From positions 77,500,001 through 77,564,000 of the forward strand of contig OX597820.1 of the NCBI GenBank assembly GCA_951406725.2: a DNA stretch of 64,000 bases. The letters are read 5' to 3'. Below are positions 13,037 through 24,832 of the stretch, piece by piece; positions within the stretch are counted from its first letter, which is position 1; each line of letters starts with the position of its first letter. Source of the stretch: Octopus vulgaris. Its lineage: Eukaryota. Both the position numbers and the translations under genes were made by a program. The notes under the pieces were generated by a model, which was not told the origin of the DNA, did no database searches, and was given only the letters and a program-made list of their open reading frames with translations.

Positions 13037-13395
13037 ATACAGATGGCATTCACTGCATCTATTTCAGACGTGTTTTTCTGTTGATGAACCAATCGATTTC
13101 CCCATACAAAAAAAACACGGTTTTCTTCCGGTGAATTAAAAATAAAATTTAAATTTTAGGATTTTCTAAATATTATACCCCAATGTAATGCCAGTCTGAA
13201 TTGCCTTGTGGTTGGCCGATAATTTACAAATTGTACTACTGAGTCCAACCACAACAGAACCTCTTGCACAAGGTTTCTCGGTTTCCTTATCGCTGGATTG
13301 AATTCATGTATATTTCACTTCAAACCAATTCATATATTAGAAATATCTCTTTGCCTATCTTATCACGCAGATTTCATTTCCACATGACAAGGGAC

Positions 13396-13817
13396 GGATC
13401 GTTTCGGTTTGAACGTCAGTTTTTAACATAATTTCTAGGTAACTAAAAAAATTTAAACTTCGTATACTGGTAGAATGTGTTTACAAAACAACTCTTTCTC
13501 TTGGCTTTATTGAGTAAATTCTATAGTTTGTAAGTTTTTTGTTGTTTTTTCTTCAATTTCTGCAATTTCAGCCAATCAGTGACGTCTATTGAGTTAAAAA
13601 TCATTCTGTGCCGTATGAATATGTCCCTCGTTTAAGAAACAGATTGGTTTTTTTTATATTTGTGAAGAGAAAAGATACCCTTCCCCCACCCCTAACCCTA
13701 ACTAAATCTAACCTTAAAACAGATTGAAATGCAATAGATCGATACTAGGGTCATAATTATGGGTGACAATTTCATATAACACCGCTAGAAAAACTGCCGT
13801 TCAAACCGAAAAGATCC
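13396..13817. mobile_element. MITE with 29-bp TIRs and an 8-bp TSD (Merlin-like termini)
   Basis: ggatcgtttcggtttgaacgtcagttttt ... aaaaactgccgttcaaaccgaaaagatcc (2 mismatches). TSD caagggac at 13388-13395 and 13818-13825. GG..CC termini. Confidence 0.9.
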
Positions 13818-14464
13818 CAAGGGACTAATAATGATTGCGGGATAGTCCCGTGCAGCGGCTTTTTGGAATGGTGGGTTTATTAGTCCATGCAGTCGCAAGG
13901 TTCATGAAAATATCCTAGAATGCTAAAAATACCTTACATTCTGTATAGTCGAAGCATAGGAAACTAGTCAGGCTGTAATGTTCTTTCCCGCTTATGCACA
14001 ACAGATGTGTGAATGCGTGGATGTGGCAATGTGCGTGTGTGTGAGTGATAAGATCTGTGTGCGTGTGTGAGAAAAAAACTCTGAGAGGTCAGCAGCTATA
14101 GAAACAGATGTGTAAATGCGTGAGGTGAGGTGGAGGGGTGTGCGCCCGTATATTCATATGTGCGTGATGGAAGTGTCAATAGCGAATAAGAGGCAGAGGC
14201 AGTCTGAAGGGAGTGTGAAATGGGTGGTGTGGTGTGGCAGTATGAATGAGTGTGCGTGGTTATGTGCGTGTGTATGTGTGTGTGTATGTGTGTGTGCGTG
14301 TGTATTGTCATGAATGCGTAGATGGAGTGGGTATATGTCTATCAGGAGTACTTAAAACAGTTTTTGAAGTGTACAAGTAATTCTTTAAAAAGTTACTTTT
14401 TAAAAAAATGCTATAAAAATATCTTATGACTATGTTACTAACCATTTGGGGGAAGAAGTTGTTT

Positions 14465-14529
<65 letters not shown>

Positions 14530-14531
<2 letters not shown>

Positions 14532-14608
14532 GGAGTAAACACATAAATGTGAAACAAGGTGGAAAAAAGAGTACTCAAATACCAGTGGTAGAGTAATATG
14601 CTTTATTT
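14530..14608 (-). repeat. Truncated copy of the 4380 repeat family
   Basis: Near-identical to 4380-4458 and also directly after a (TA)n run. Confidence 0.8.
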
Positions 14609-14631
14609 GCTGCTGCTTTAAATAAAGTATA

Positions 14632-14667
<36 letters not shown>

Positions 14668-14677
14668 TGTATGTATG

Positions 14678-14741
<64 letters not shown>

Positions 14742-14940
14742 CAATATAAGGAATGGCCATAATAGGACATTCTATAGCGAGAAAGAAAGGATAGTCAAAG
14801 ACTATATAATATACATTCAACAATATAAGGAATGGCCGTAATAGGATATTCGACTCACTAGAAAGAGCAGCCAAACTCAAACCGCTAATAGTTGTAATTC
14901 TGAAATTGAAAGAGAAAAATATAAACGTTTACCCCTTTCA

Positions 14941-15035
14941 TCTCTAATCTATGCATACTTTCGGCAAACTTTGGTAAACAAATTAATTAAATTAAATTAA
15001 ATTTATTTACTACTGGCATGCCTCGTCAGCAGAGA
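14941..15035 (-). ncRNA. Degenerate type I hammerhead ribozyme motif
   Basis: tctctg-CTGACGA-ggca..(gtaaataaatt/aatttgtttac stem)..tgcc-GAAA-g-tatgcata-g-at-tagaga. Core and helices I/II are present; the helix III base and cleavage triplet are mutated. Confidence 0.5.
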
Positions 15036-15578
15036 AGCCAATGACGAGTATATCTCCACGAGGCGATGGTAAGGAAGCCTCCAGTCTATATGCTCAAAAT
15101 TTTTAAAATTTACCGCAATCGCGCGGTCTTCTCAGCAGCAAATATAAACTGCTGATTTAATTTCAAAATTAGCCAAAAAATCATTAATTAATAAATAAAT
15201 AATATATATATATATATATATATATAACAGAGACGTCATTCGCTACATCTATTTCAGGTGTGTTTTTCTATTAATGAACCAATCGATTACTCATGTAACA
15301 AAAAAAAAAACGGTTTTCTTCTGGTGAATTAAAAATGAAATTTTAATTTTAGGATTTTTCACACAAATGGTATATAATGTATAATGACAATTACATCGCG
15401 GTGCTGGTTGAGAGAGTAAATTGGGAATCTTATTTCATGTTAAATATACACAGCAATAAATCTATCAACATTTTCATTATTTATGTATATGGTATGTATA
15501 TTTATATGGTGTGTTTGTGTGTGTTTGTGTCTTTGCGTGCGTGTGTCTGCATTTCTGTGTGTGAGTGTGTGTTTACTC

Positions 15579-15613
<35 letters not shown>

Positions 15614-15617
15614 GGAA

Positions 15618-15667
<50 letters not shown>

Positions 15668-16585
15668 GAGGAAACCAACAACAATATAAAAACAAAAATC
15701 AAACTGAATATGTTCTTTTAATACCGTCGTAGATAGAAGTACATTCATGAAATAAATTGTTTTCTGCGATGCGCTTCTCCAGAGATATATTATACCATCC
15801 ATCATAATTTCCTCCATTAAAATAGAACATTTCTCCGAAATTTTGAGGATGTGCAGGCAACATTAATTTATAAATGTCAAAGGAAAATTTACATTACCCA
15901 ATGAAATTACAAATAATGAATTATAAATGAGCTTCATCAGCATTCATTAATATAAAGGTTATATGCTATTATATTATATTATTGTGCCCTAATGCCTACA
16001 GATATTTCATGAATATGTCAACCCTTTAAGACATTTATCTCATTCTGCTCTATACTTAGATGTTTCGAAGAGAATCGTATTTACAATGCTTAATATCATG
16101 CTATGAAGTTTAGTAATGCATCTTAGCGTTTATTGTAAAATCAGTAAGTTTTCCCCAGAGAACAACGGTTGTCGTTTTACGCTAGACCACCTTATTTGAC
16201 CTGAGGATTCAAACAATATTAAGCTATGTGATATATACTTTAATTAATTTGAGATGATTATAGAATAGATCAATTGTATATGTTAACGGTAATCATTAAC
16301 TAGAAATTAATAATAAAATTGTTATGGAAATGTTCTTCCCTTAATGATTTCTATTGTAATGCAGTTACAAATTTTATCGAGATCGGTCAGGTGAAAAGTA
16401 AAATCGACCTCAAGGTTAATTAAACGAAGAATTAGACAAACTATAGAGCGTAGACTAACTGGCTCGCTTCTAATCTATTATTTACTTTTCAACCGTTATA
16501 TATATTTCTGAGAGTGTTTGTGTGTGTGTAAGATTGTATACATAAATGTGTGTAAATACACACATACGTATATATGTATCAATAC

Positions 16586-16649
<64 letters not shown>

Positions 16650-17239
16650 GTATTATGTTTGCATGTATGTTTGTGTGTGTATACCAATTTATGGATAAAC
16701 GCTAGTATTTTCTTAAGAAGCCATTATTTCTTGAAAATTTGGTGGTTTCAATGAGAATATGTGAACCATGAATTCACCAGGATTTTGTGAAAATTCCCAA
16801 ATACGGCGAACAAAATATTAATGCATCGTTCTCAAAACATTGTATTGTAATTACATTTTTTACTTTCCATAGTTTCATATACGCATTAGTTGCAAAAGAA
16901 TGTGCATTATTCGTAATTTTTTCAGGGTTCCTGTAACTGAAGGGCATACTCCCTGAGTAGGGTCACATGAATCGAAGACACACAAGAGTGTCAGAGAATT
17001 TTAAACCAAGTGACATATGAAGTGTACTTCTCTAGATCATGTAACTCACTCCGTGGAAGTCCCCTTTCAGTTTGGTTGCTATCTAACTTACGGACCGTGT
17101 AAGAATAAAGCACAAAATCGATTCAACGGGATTCTAATCATAGAATAAAGAGATATGCCCTAAATATGGCAAAATATATATTTTTATTTTAAACCTGACA
17201 TTATGGCAATATGTATTTCTGAAGTAATCCTTTTTAATA

Positions 17240-17420
17240 TAGGCTTTGGGCGGGAAGGGAACTAGTCAAATTCATCGATCCCAGGACTCAGATAGTACTC
17301 ATTTCATTGATCTTAAAACAATAAACGGTAAAATGGAACTCAGGCGTGTTAGGAGTCTGGACTTTGGACGTGAAGATGGATGAAATATTGCGAAACATCT
17401 TGTTCGACGTGTTAAATTGT
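17240..17420 (-). mobile_element. Decayed SINE family B
   Basis: Similar to the reverse-strand copies at 22822-23040 and 40590-40855 (actagtc..catcga.ccc..gtact.attt.at.ga..aaa..aaa). Confidence 0.55.
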
Positions 17421-19255
17421 CTGCCACTGATGTGGAAACTGATGACAGGCATCATATCGAACAGCATCTATAAGTACCTAGATGATAATCAGCTTGTACC
17501 AGTGGAACAAAAAGGGGTGAAAACGTAAGAGCAGAAGAACGGAGTATCAATTACTAATCGATAAGTCTATCTGGTCTGATTGCAAGAAGAGACACAAACA
17601 TTTGGCGGTGGCATGGGTGTACTACAGGAAAGCATGACATGGTCCCACACTCGTGGATTATTGAATGCCTTAAACTACTTAACGTCTCACACACTATCCT
17701 GAAGTTCATACAGAATTTAATGACATCGTGACGAACTGAACTCACAGCATGGGGAGATAAGCTGGGAGAGGTAAATATCAAATGAGGAATCTTTAAAGGG
17801 GACAGTGTTCCCCTCTCCTATTTTTTTATCTACATACAGCCACTAAAACAACGTATGGTTTATGGATGACCTAAAGCTATTTGCTTAGACTGAGAAAGAA
17901 ATTCAGAGTTTGACGGCAATTGTGCAGATGACTAGCAAGGATATTGGCATGGAATTTGGGATCGAGAAATATGGTATAATGATTCTCAAAAGGGGGACAA
18001 TCACTAAAAACCATGATATCAAGCTGAAAAGTGGTGAAGCTATAAAGGAAGTCGGAGAGATAGGATATACGTATGAATGAGCACAGGATGAAAGAAATGT
18101 ACAGGAAAGAGTATTTAAGGAGATGCGGCTTGTGCTCCAATCGAAGCTAAATGACCGCTATAAGATTAGAGCAATTATCATCTGGGCTGTTGCTTTGATG
18201 ATATAAGGGGCAGGAACAGTATCTTGGAAGAAGCATGAATTACAAGAAACATCCCGTAGAAGACGTAAATTAATGACAATGAGCAAGGAACTACGCCGCG
18301 AGAGTGATGTGTCAAGATTGTATGTAAAGAGGAAAGAAGAAGGATGGGGAATGGTGTGTTGTGAAGGTTGTGTAAGAGAAGAGAGGAATAGCTAGGCTTG
18401 ATATGTCAAGGGAAGTAAAGAAGAAATAATTGAATCAGTGAAAATTTAGGGAACTTTAAAAGTGAAATAAGTCGTAAACCAAACACAATGTAAGAAAGAC
18501 TAGTGGCAGTAGATGAAGAAAAAATGGGAAGACAAGAAGATGCACAGTCAGTTCTTGAAGAATAAGGATGTGATTGATTGGTCTAGAAGGTGGCAATGGC
18601 TGCACAAAATAGATTTAAAGGGGCTGACTGAGAAATTAGTGTGCAGCGCTCAAGAACAAACTCTCAGAACAAACTACTACAAATATCACATTGATAAAAG
18701 TATTGACTCACCACAGTGTAGAATGTCTTCTGAGAAGGGAGAATGTATAAGCCGTTTTGTTAGTGAGTGCTGTAAGCTCGCACATCGTATATATAAAGGG
18801 TGACACGACAATGTGGCCAGATATGACCACTGGTTGTTGTGCGGTAAAACAAACCTCGAGAGAGCCGAACAATACCCTGGAATTTTAACATGCAGTGTGA
18901 CAAAGTCATAGAAGAGAGACGACCATATATCGTGCTCATCCATAAAGAGGCAAAAGAAGTAAAGATAATAGATATTGCAATACCGTGCGATCCGAGGGTG
19001 AAATGTGGGGCATGTGGAAGTAATGGTGATACCGCTGGTAACTGGTGCATTAGTAGCAGTTTTCGAGGGCTATAAAAAGTTTTAAGAATATTAGAGCTGC
19101 TGTCAGGCTCAGGGTGATCAAGAAAACATCATTGTTGTGTACATTCTAAGGAGAGTATTGTCTCTTTGAGTCACAGAAGGCACCACTAGAAACCTTTGTT
19201 GATTTGTTGCCTGCTTTAAAGTAAAGTATAACCGGTAATTAAGAACTACTCGAGT
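17415..19255 (+). mobile_element. Decayed R4/Dong-clade (restriction-like endonuclease) non-LTR retrotransposon
   Basis: CLPLMWKLMTGII..QKG, DMVPHSWIIECL, GIFKGDS, FMDDLKL, MEFGIEK, KKMHSQF, AQEQTLRTN, zinc-knuckle region CRM..E.I..VSEC..LA..HDNVA, RRP.IVLI..IIDIAIP.D. Many stops and frameshifts. Confidence 0.88.
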
Positions 19256-19289
19256 GTCTTTCTGAATAGATGATAATAATAAGGACAAA

Positions 19290-20200
19290 AATGAAATACA
19301 AATAGAGCACGTCAGATAGATCGAAAAGTAAACTTTGCATTGCCAATTCTGGAGGGCCACTAAAGACGTAAGTGGAAGAAATTCTAGGGCTTGATTAAAA
19401 AAAGGCAATTAACCAAAAAAAAAATCAGAAAGCCTAATTGAAGCAGCCCAAGATCAAGCGATGAAAAGTAACAACTTAAAGAATATGTATGGAGAGAATC
19501 TGTCAGAAAGATGTAGAGTCTGTGGAACTGGGAGTGAGACAGTGGCATACATTTTTGGAAAATGTTCAAAATTGGCACAGGAAGAATATAAGAAATAGAA
19601 GTACGACCAGGTTGTAAAAGTTTTACACTGGAAAGTCTGCCAGAAGTGGGGATTTGAAGCTGGAAAGACATGATCCAATCATGGAGTCAAAAGACACCTG
19701 GAGTTGGAGAAATGCAAGATTTTTTGAGACCTTCCAATTCAAAAGGACAAGAAATTAGAATTCAATAGAGCAGTTATTGCAACCATAAATAAAGAAAAGT
19801 GAAGTTGCTTACTTATCGATTCAACACGCCTGTTTGATTCCTGGAGTGTACAGAAAGAGGAAGTAAAACAAAAAGAATACAATCCCATAAAATTTGAAAT
19901 AGGATGAATATGGAGCATGCGAACAGTAAAGGTCATGCCTATAATAATTGATGCGTTGGGAATAGTAACTAAAGATATAGACTAATGATTGAAGGAGATT
20001 AAAATAGAATACCCGGTAGAACTCCTACAGAACGTTTGTCTCTTAGGAACGAAAAGGATTATCAGGAGAGCCCTAAGCAATTGAAAGGCTGATGAAAACT
20101 TGCAGATGCATAAAATCAGAGGTATTAACCCGCTATCCATATAATCCCTACCAGAATAAAACCGAACCTGAGACAAACTAAAAAAAAAATAATAATAATT
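19290..20200 (+). mobile_element. Second R4/Dong-clade 3' fragment
   Basis: LHCQF, AAQDQA, CRVCG..SETVAYI..CSKLAQEEY, LHWKVCQKWG, VKVMPIIIDALGIV, LQNVCLLGTKRIIRRAL. Ends in A/(AAT)n. Confidence 0.82.
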
Positions 20201-20460
20201 GGGGATAGCAAGTAAATGTCTCATTAAGAGAAGAGGAAGCAGACTGAAATCGAAATAACATGATTAGAAAAAAGGATGTATTGGCCATTTTATATGGATA
20301 CAGAAGCCGAAATCGATTTGGAGAATAGATGGCTATGTATGCGGAAAAGTGATCGCGTACCTGGAACATAAGCTTTAATTTGTCCAGCACAAGCGCAAAT
20401 ATAAGGCTAGTAATTCAGGTGCAATAAAAGAGCCATGTGATCTTAGAGGATATATTACTA

Positions 20461-20611
20461 ACATTATTTACATTTGACGGATATTTGTCCAGAGCTTGCA
20501 TGTTGTTAATACAACTTTTCGGCTGATATACTCTCCAGCCTTCATCAGGTGTCCTGGGGAAATTTCGAACCTGGGTTTTCATTCCTAAGGCATTTTTCGA
20601 TATCATTATTA

Positions 20612-20698
<87 letters not shown>

Positions 20699-20811
20699 AT
20701 GGTAGTAGTAGTAGTAGTGGTGGTATTGTTAATCAGGTCACTGCCTGGAATCGAACTTGGAATCTTCTGGTTAGGAGCCCACGCTCTTAACCACTACACC
20801 ATATGCCCGTG
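20461..20811 (-). mobile_element. tRNA-headed SINE-like element with an internal microsatellite and a 3' hammerhead motif
   Basis: Minus strand: gggcata-TGGTGTAGTGG (A box)..GTTCGATTCC (B box), then (TAC)n/(AAT)n, then acac-CTGATGA-a-ggctg..cagcc-GAAA-ag-TT-gtat. Confidence 0.78.
20509..20552 (-). ncRNA. Minimal hammerhead ribozyme motif (two point changes from the ideal fold)
   Basis: Intact CUGAUGA/GAAA core and a perfect 5-bp helix II (ggctg/cagcc). Helix III is aagt (ideal acgt); helix I is acac/gtat. Confidence 0.62.
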
Positions 20812-21796
20812 ATATGTTCCTTATACGTAAGCGGGAACCTCCATATTATTATCCAACATGTTATGTTTCCGCAACATTTCTTAATAAAGTTTCCATCGCA
20901 CCGCGATCAACGTCGATAAATCGAGGTGTGAATTATGTCTGGACAGGTCAGTATAATCGACCCCAAAATGAGACTTACTCCTTATTTCAAAAGTGTGCCA
21001 TTGTGATATTGCATTAAACTTAAGTAAATTAAACATGCAAATTATCCAGAAAGAGAAGGAAGATAGCAGGCTTTAATGGAATAACCTAATCTTAAGAGCA
21101 GATTTCAGATTCTAATTTTTAGGCATACTGGATCTCGACTTCATGCATGAAGAAATAAAGTACAATATAAAGATAATATGCTTGAAGATATTGAAGCCTG
21201 TATTATAATCCAAAATTAGTTTAACGTATCTGAAATATTCCAAAGTCTCATCGGCGTTTACCGCTGTAAGTTATAGCGCTGGGGTTGTGAAAATACAAGA
21301 AAAATGAAATAAAGATGTTTGATAGAAAATAAAAAGGGAAGAAAAACCGTAGCAATGCGCAGAACGTTTCATAAAAGAGGTAATATTCAATTGTTTATAC
21401 ACGGCTGAGATATTTGATGGAGAGGAATTACGAGCAATTTTGAAAGTGTAGATGAAGAACGAGGGTCAGTAAACCACCACTTTGCAAAGAGGAGAGAAAA
21501 TTTATGATATATGTTGCGATATAAATCTCTTTTATTTATGTCAAAGTTAAAGAGAAACAGCCGTATAATAGCAGAATTATTTCTGAAAGAAAACTGAAGC
21601 TACTTGGAAAGAGCCATAGGGGCACACAGCGTACGATAAACTTCCTGATAAATTTGACCATGCAAAGGTTACTCTTCAATCTGTTTAACATGTTCCTTTG
21701 AGTCTCAATCTTGTCTTTTTTTTTTACTATTCCACACTTTATCAACTGTACCTTATTCACTGCCTTTAATAATTTCTCTATATTGTTCTGTAAAAA

Positions 21797-22580
21797 AGCG
21801 GCGAGGTGGCAGAAACGTTAGCACGACGGGCGAAATGCGTAGATGTATTTCGTCTGCCGTTACGTTCTGAGTTCAAGTTCCGCCGAGGTCGACTTTGTCT
21901 TTCATCCTTTATGGGTCGATAAATTAAGTACCAGTCACGCTCTGGGGCCGATATAATCGGCTTAATCCGTTTGTCTATCCTTGTTTGCCTACTCTGTGTT
22001 TAGCCCCTTTGGGTAGTAAAAAAATAGGTATTTCGTCTGCCGCTAAGTTCTGAGTTCAAATTCCGCCGAGGTCGACTTTGTCTTTCATCCTTTATGGGTC
22101 GATAAATTAAGTACCAGTCACGCTCTGGGGCCGATATAATCGACTTAATCCGTTTGTCTATCCTTGTTTGCCTACTCTGTGTTTAGCCCTTGTGGGTAGT
22201 AAAAAAATAGGTATTTCGTCTGCCGCTAAGTTCTGAGTTCAAATTCCGCGAGGTCGACTTTGCCTTTTATCCTTTCAGGGTCGATTAAATCAGTACCACT
22301 TACGCTCTGAGGTCGATAGAATCGACTTAATACGTTTGTCTGCCCTTGTTTGTCCCTTCTGTGTGTAACCCCTTGTGGCTACACACAGAAATATGAAAGG
22401 ATAGCATGTCGAGCGAAATACTTAGTGGTATTTACGTTCTGAGTTCAAATTCAGCCGAGGTCGAATGTGCTTTTCATTCTTTCGAGGTCGTTAAATTAAG
22501 TACCAGTTGCATACTGAGGTTGCTCTAATAGACTGGCCCACTCGCCCAAAATTTCGAGCCTTGTGCCTAGATTAGAAAAG
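21797..22580 (+). mobile_element. SINE family B (Deu/Nin-like domain) with internal ~182-bp tandem units
   Basis: Head gcggcgag.tggcagaaacgttagcacg, B-box-like gagttcaa.ttcc, gtcgactttg.ctttcatcctt..gggtcgataaattaagtacc repeated 3-4 times. TSD tatattgt(t/a)ctgtaaa at 21779-21794 and 22581-22596. Confidence 0.9.
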
Positions 22581-22821
22581 TATATTGTACTGTAAATATC
22601 TTAGTAGGCTTCTTCTTTCCATTTGTTCCATTCAACAGCCTTTAAAAATCTTCCAACCTGGTCTCTCTTCATGTACAAACGGTTAATATCAGATTTCGGA
22701 CGCTTGGCACCATACATTGTCAACAGTTTTCTAAATTTTCTGTCAAGTTTCCGTTAGTCAGTTTTGGTCAAGTCTAAAATTCCCACTCCATATTTGATTA
22801 CTGATACTATTCTCAATTTTA

Positions 22822-23040
22822 TCCTTTTCTACTCTAGGCACTAGGCCAGAAATTTTTGGGGAGGAGACCAGTCGATTAGATTGTCTCCAGTATGGAACTG
22901 GTACTTAATTCATCGAACCTTCTCTAAAGAATGAAAGGCAAAGTGTAACTCGATGGAATTCGAACTCAGAACGTAAAGACGGGCAAGATACCGCAAAGCA
23001 TTTCCCCGGCGTGCTAACGTGTCTGCTAGCTCAACGCCTT
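22822..23040 (-). mobile_element. SINE family B monomer
   Basis: Reverse complement of the family B head and core (ctggtacttaatt..gaaaggcaaagt..gaactcagaacgta..gtgctaacgt..cgcctt). Confidence 0.85.
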
Positions 23041-23494
23041 TACTTTCACATTTATTGCTTCGTTAACAATTTTAGAATTGAACAACACAGTGCAGCATTC
23101 TGTGTTCCAACACAGCATTCACTTTTAAGTGGAGATAAATATTAATATTTGGTATTAACACTTCATCTGTCGCTAATCGTGATATTTGTAATAAACCCAA
23201 TGGCTATTCACGACACCAATGCCTGATTAGACACTGTGATTCTATGTATATTGCTAGCGGGGATGTCACTGCTTCCTCCAGCGTCCGAGTGACTATAGGT
23301 CAGAGAAGGACGAAATCACATGAACATGTAGTCTCGGCGGTGGCGATGGCGGTGATTTTTTTCCTACTAATGATATGCACCGAAAACGAATATGACAGTT
23401 TCTCTCATGATATCTATCGCATTATTCTGTTTTCTAACACAAAATGCACTTTTAAATAGTGGGGGGAAATATTACCCAATGACAATAATATTAA

Positions 23495-23662
23495 TAATTT
23501 CTACTAAATACACAATACTGAAATTTTGAGAGGAGGAGACTAGTCGATTATATCAACACCGGTATTACAATGGGATTTAATTTAGCGACCCCGAAAGGAT
23601 GATAGACAATGACAACCTCAGCGGAATTTGAACTCAGAATGTAAAGACGGAATTCCGCTAAT
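23495..23662 (-). mobile_element. SINE family B, 5'-truncated
   Basis: cgaccccgaaaggatga..cggaatttgaactcagaa.gtaaagacgg. Confidence 0.75.
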
Positions 23663-23689
23663 GATGTTGAAAAAGCCGTTACCCATTAA

Positions 23690-24520
23690 TAGTTAGATTC
23701 TTCTGGCTTAGAATCAGAAACAGAAGGGTTTATCATAGCAGCCCAAGATCAACGCCTACCTACAAGATATTAGGGCAATATGTTATAGAAAGACAGTAAC
23801 CAAACATGTCGCGCATGTCAACAACAAAATGAAACCATTAATCATGTTTTCTCCATGTGCAATCTTGTTGCGCCTACAGAGTAGGGCATTATAGAACAGC
23901 ACAATATATTCACTGGGTAATTTGCAAAAAACTGAACCTGCCCCATAATAAAAACTGGTGGGAACACAAACCACCTCCAGTGCTTGAAAATGATCACATC
24001 TCACTCCTCTGGAACTTCATTCAAACTGACAGAAAGATAGATGCGAATAGGCTTCAGACAAAAAACATGCCTCATTATTGTTATGACTGTCACAATCAAC
24101 ATAAACGTATCTGTCAAGACCGACCAAAAACTGAGCAAGTATAAAGATCTTGAAATAGAAATTGGCAAAATATGGATCGTCAAAACTAAAACAATACCTG
24201 TTGTCCTAGGAATGATAACAAAAGGGGCTGATTCCTACCTAGATCAGATGCCAGGAAACCCCAAAATGGCAGAAATTCAAAAGATAGTGCTCATGGGAAT
24301 TGCCCACATCCTACGTAAAATACTGTCTATGTAATCTCAAATTTTAAAGCAAACTCATTTTCTTATGTTTTCTTAAACACTCTCTAGAACAATACTATGT
24401 GCAAAACCAAATATATGACAACCTAGGCGTAACACCAGCATGAACTTCTAACTTGTTATCCTTGAGATCTCTGCGTGAGACTTGGAGCCAACTTGTACAA
24501 ATACAAAGCAAAAGCCAAAC

Positions 24521-24575
<55 letters not shown>
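23690..24575 (+). mobile_element. R4/Dong-clade 3' fragment with (AAT)n tail
   Basis: SGLESETEGFIIAAQDQRLPT, CRACQQQNETINHV, YIHWVICK..WWEHKP..VLEND, IQTDRKIDANR, KLSKYKDLEIEIGKIW, IQKIVLMGIAHILRKILS. Confidence 0.88.
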
Positions 24576-24577
<2 letters not shown>

Positions 24578-24773
24578 GTACTGCCCACATTCTTAGAAAA
24601 AACCCTTTCAATTTAAATATGTATTGAATTACATGAAGATATTTCGCTAGTGCCGTTGCCACTTCGTTTTTTCAAGATTTCAGTCATACGGCAACATCAC
24701 TTATCCTTCACTAGCCCCAGAGCGCTGGGTGTGTCTCGGCGAATGATTACAACAAACATGCTGATTAAAAGTA

Positions 24774-24832
<59 letters not shown>
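24578..24832 (+). mobile_element. Short 3' end of another R4/Dong-like copy between two (AAT)n arrays
   Basis: actgcccacattcttagaaaa (TAHILRK), a short 3' UTR, then (AAT)n. Confidence 0.6.

Larger units (their letters stand above)
21620..23100 (-). mobile_element. R4/Dong-clade fragment interrupted by two SINEs
   Basis: Minus strand 22620-22815: VIKYGVGILDLTK..LDRKFRKLLTMYGAKRPKSDINRLYMKR. Continues 21620-21790 with KLLKAV..PLHGQ. Confidence 0.75.

Noticed and set aside
20737-20808. Functional tRNA gene
   Set aside because: A and B boxes are present, but the acceptor stem does not pair and no terminator follows. Treated as a SINE head.
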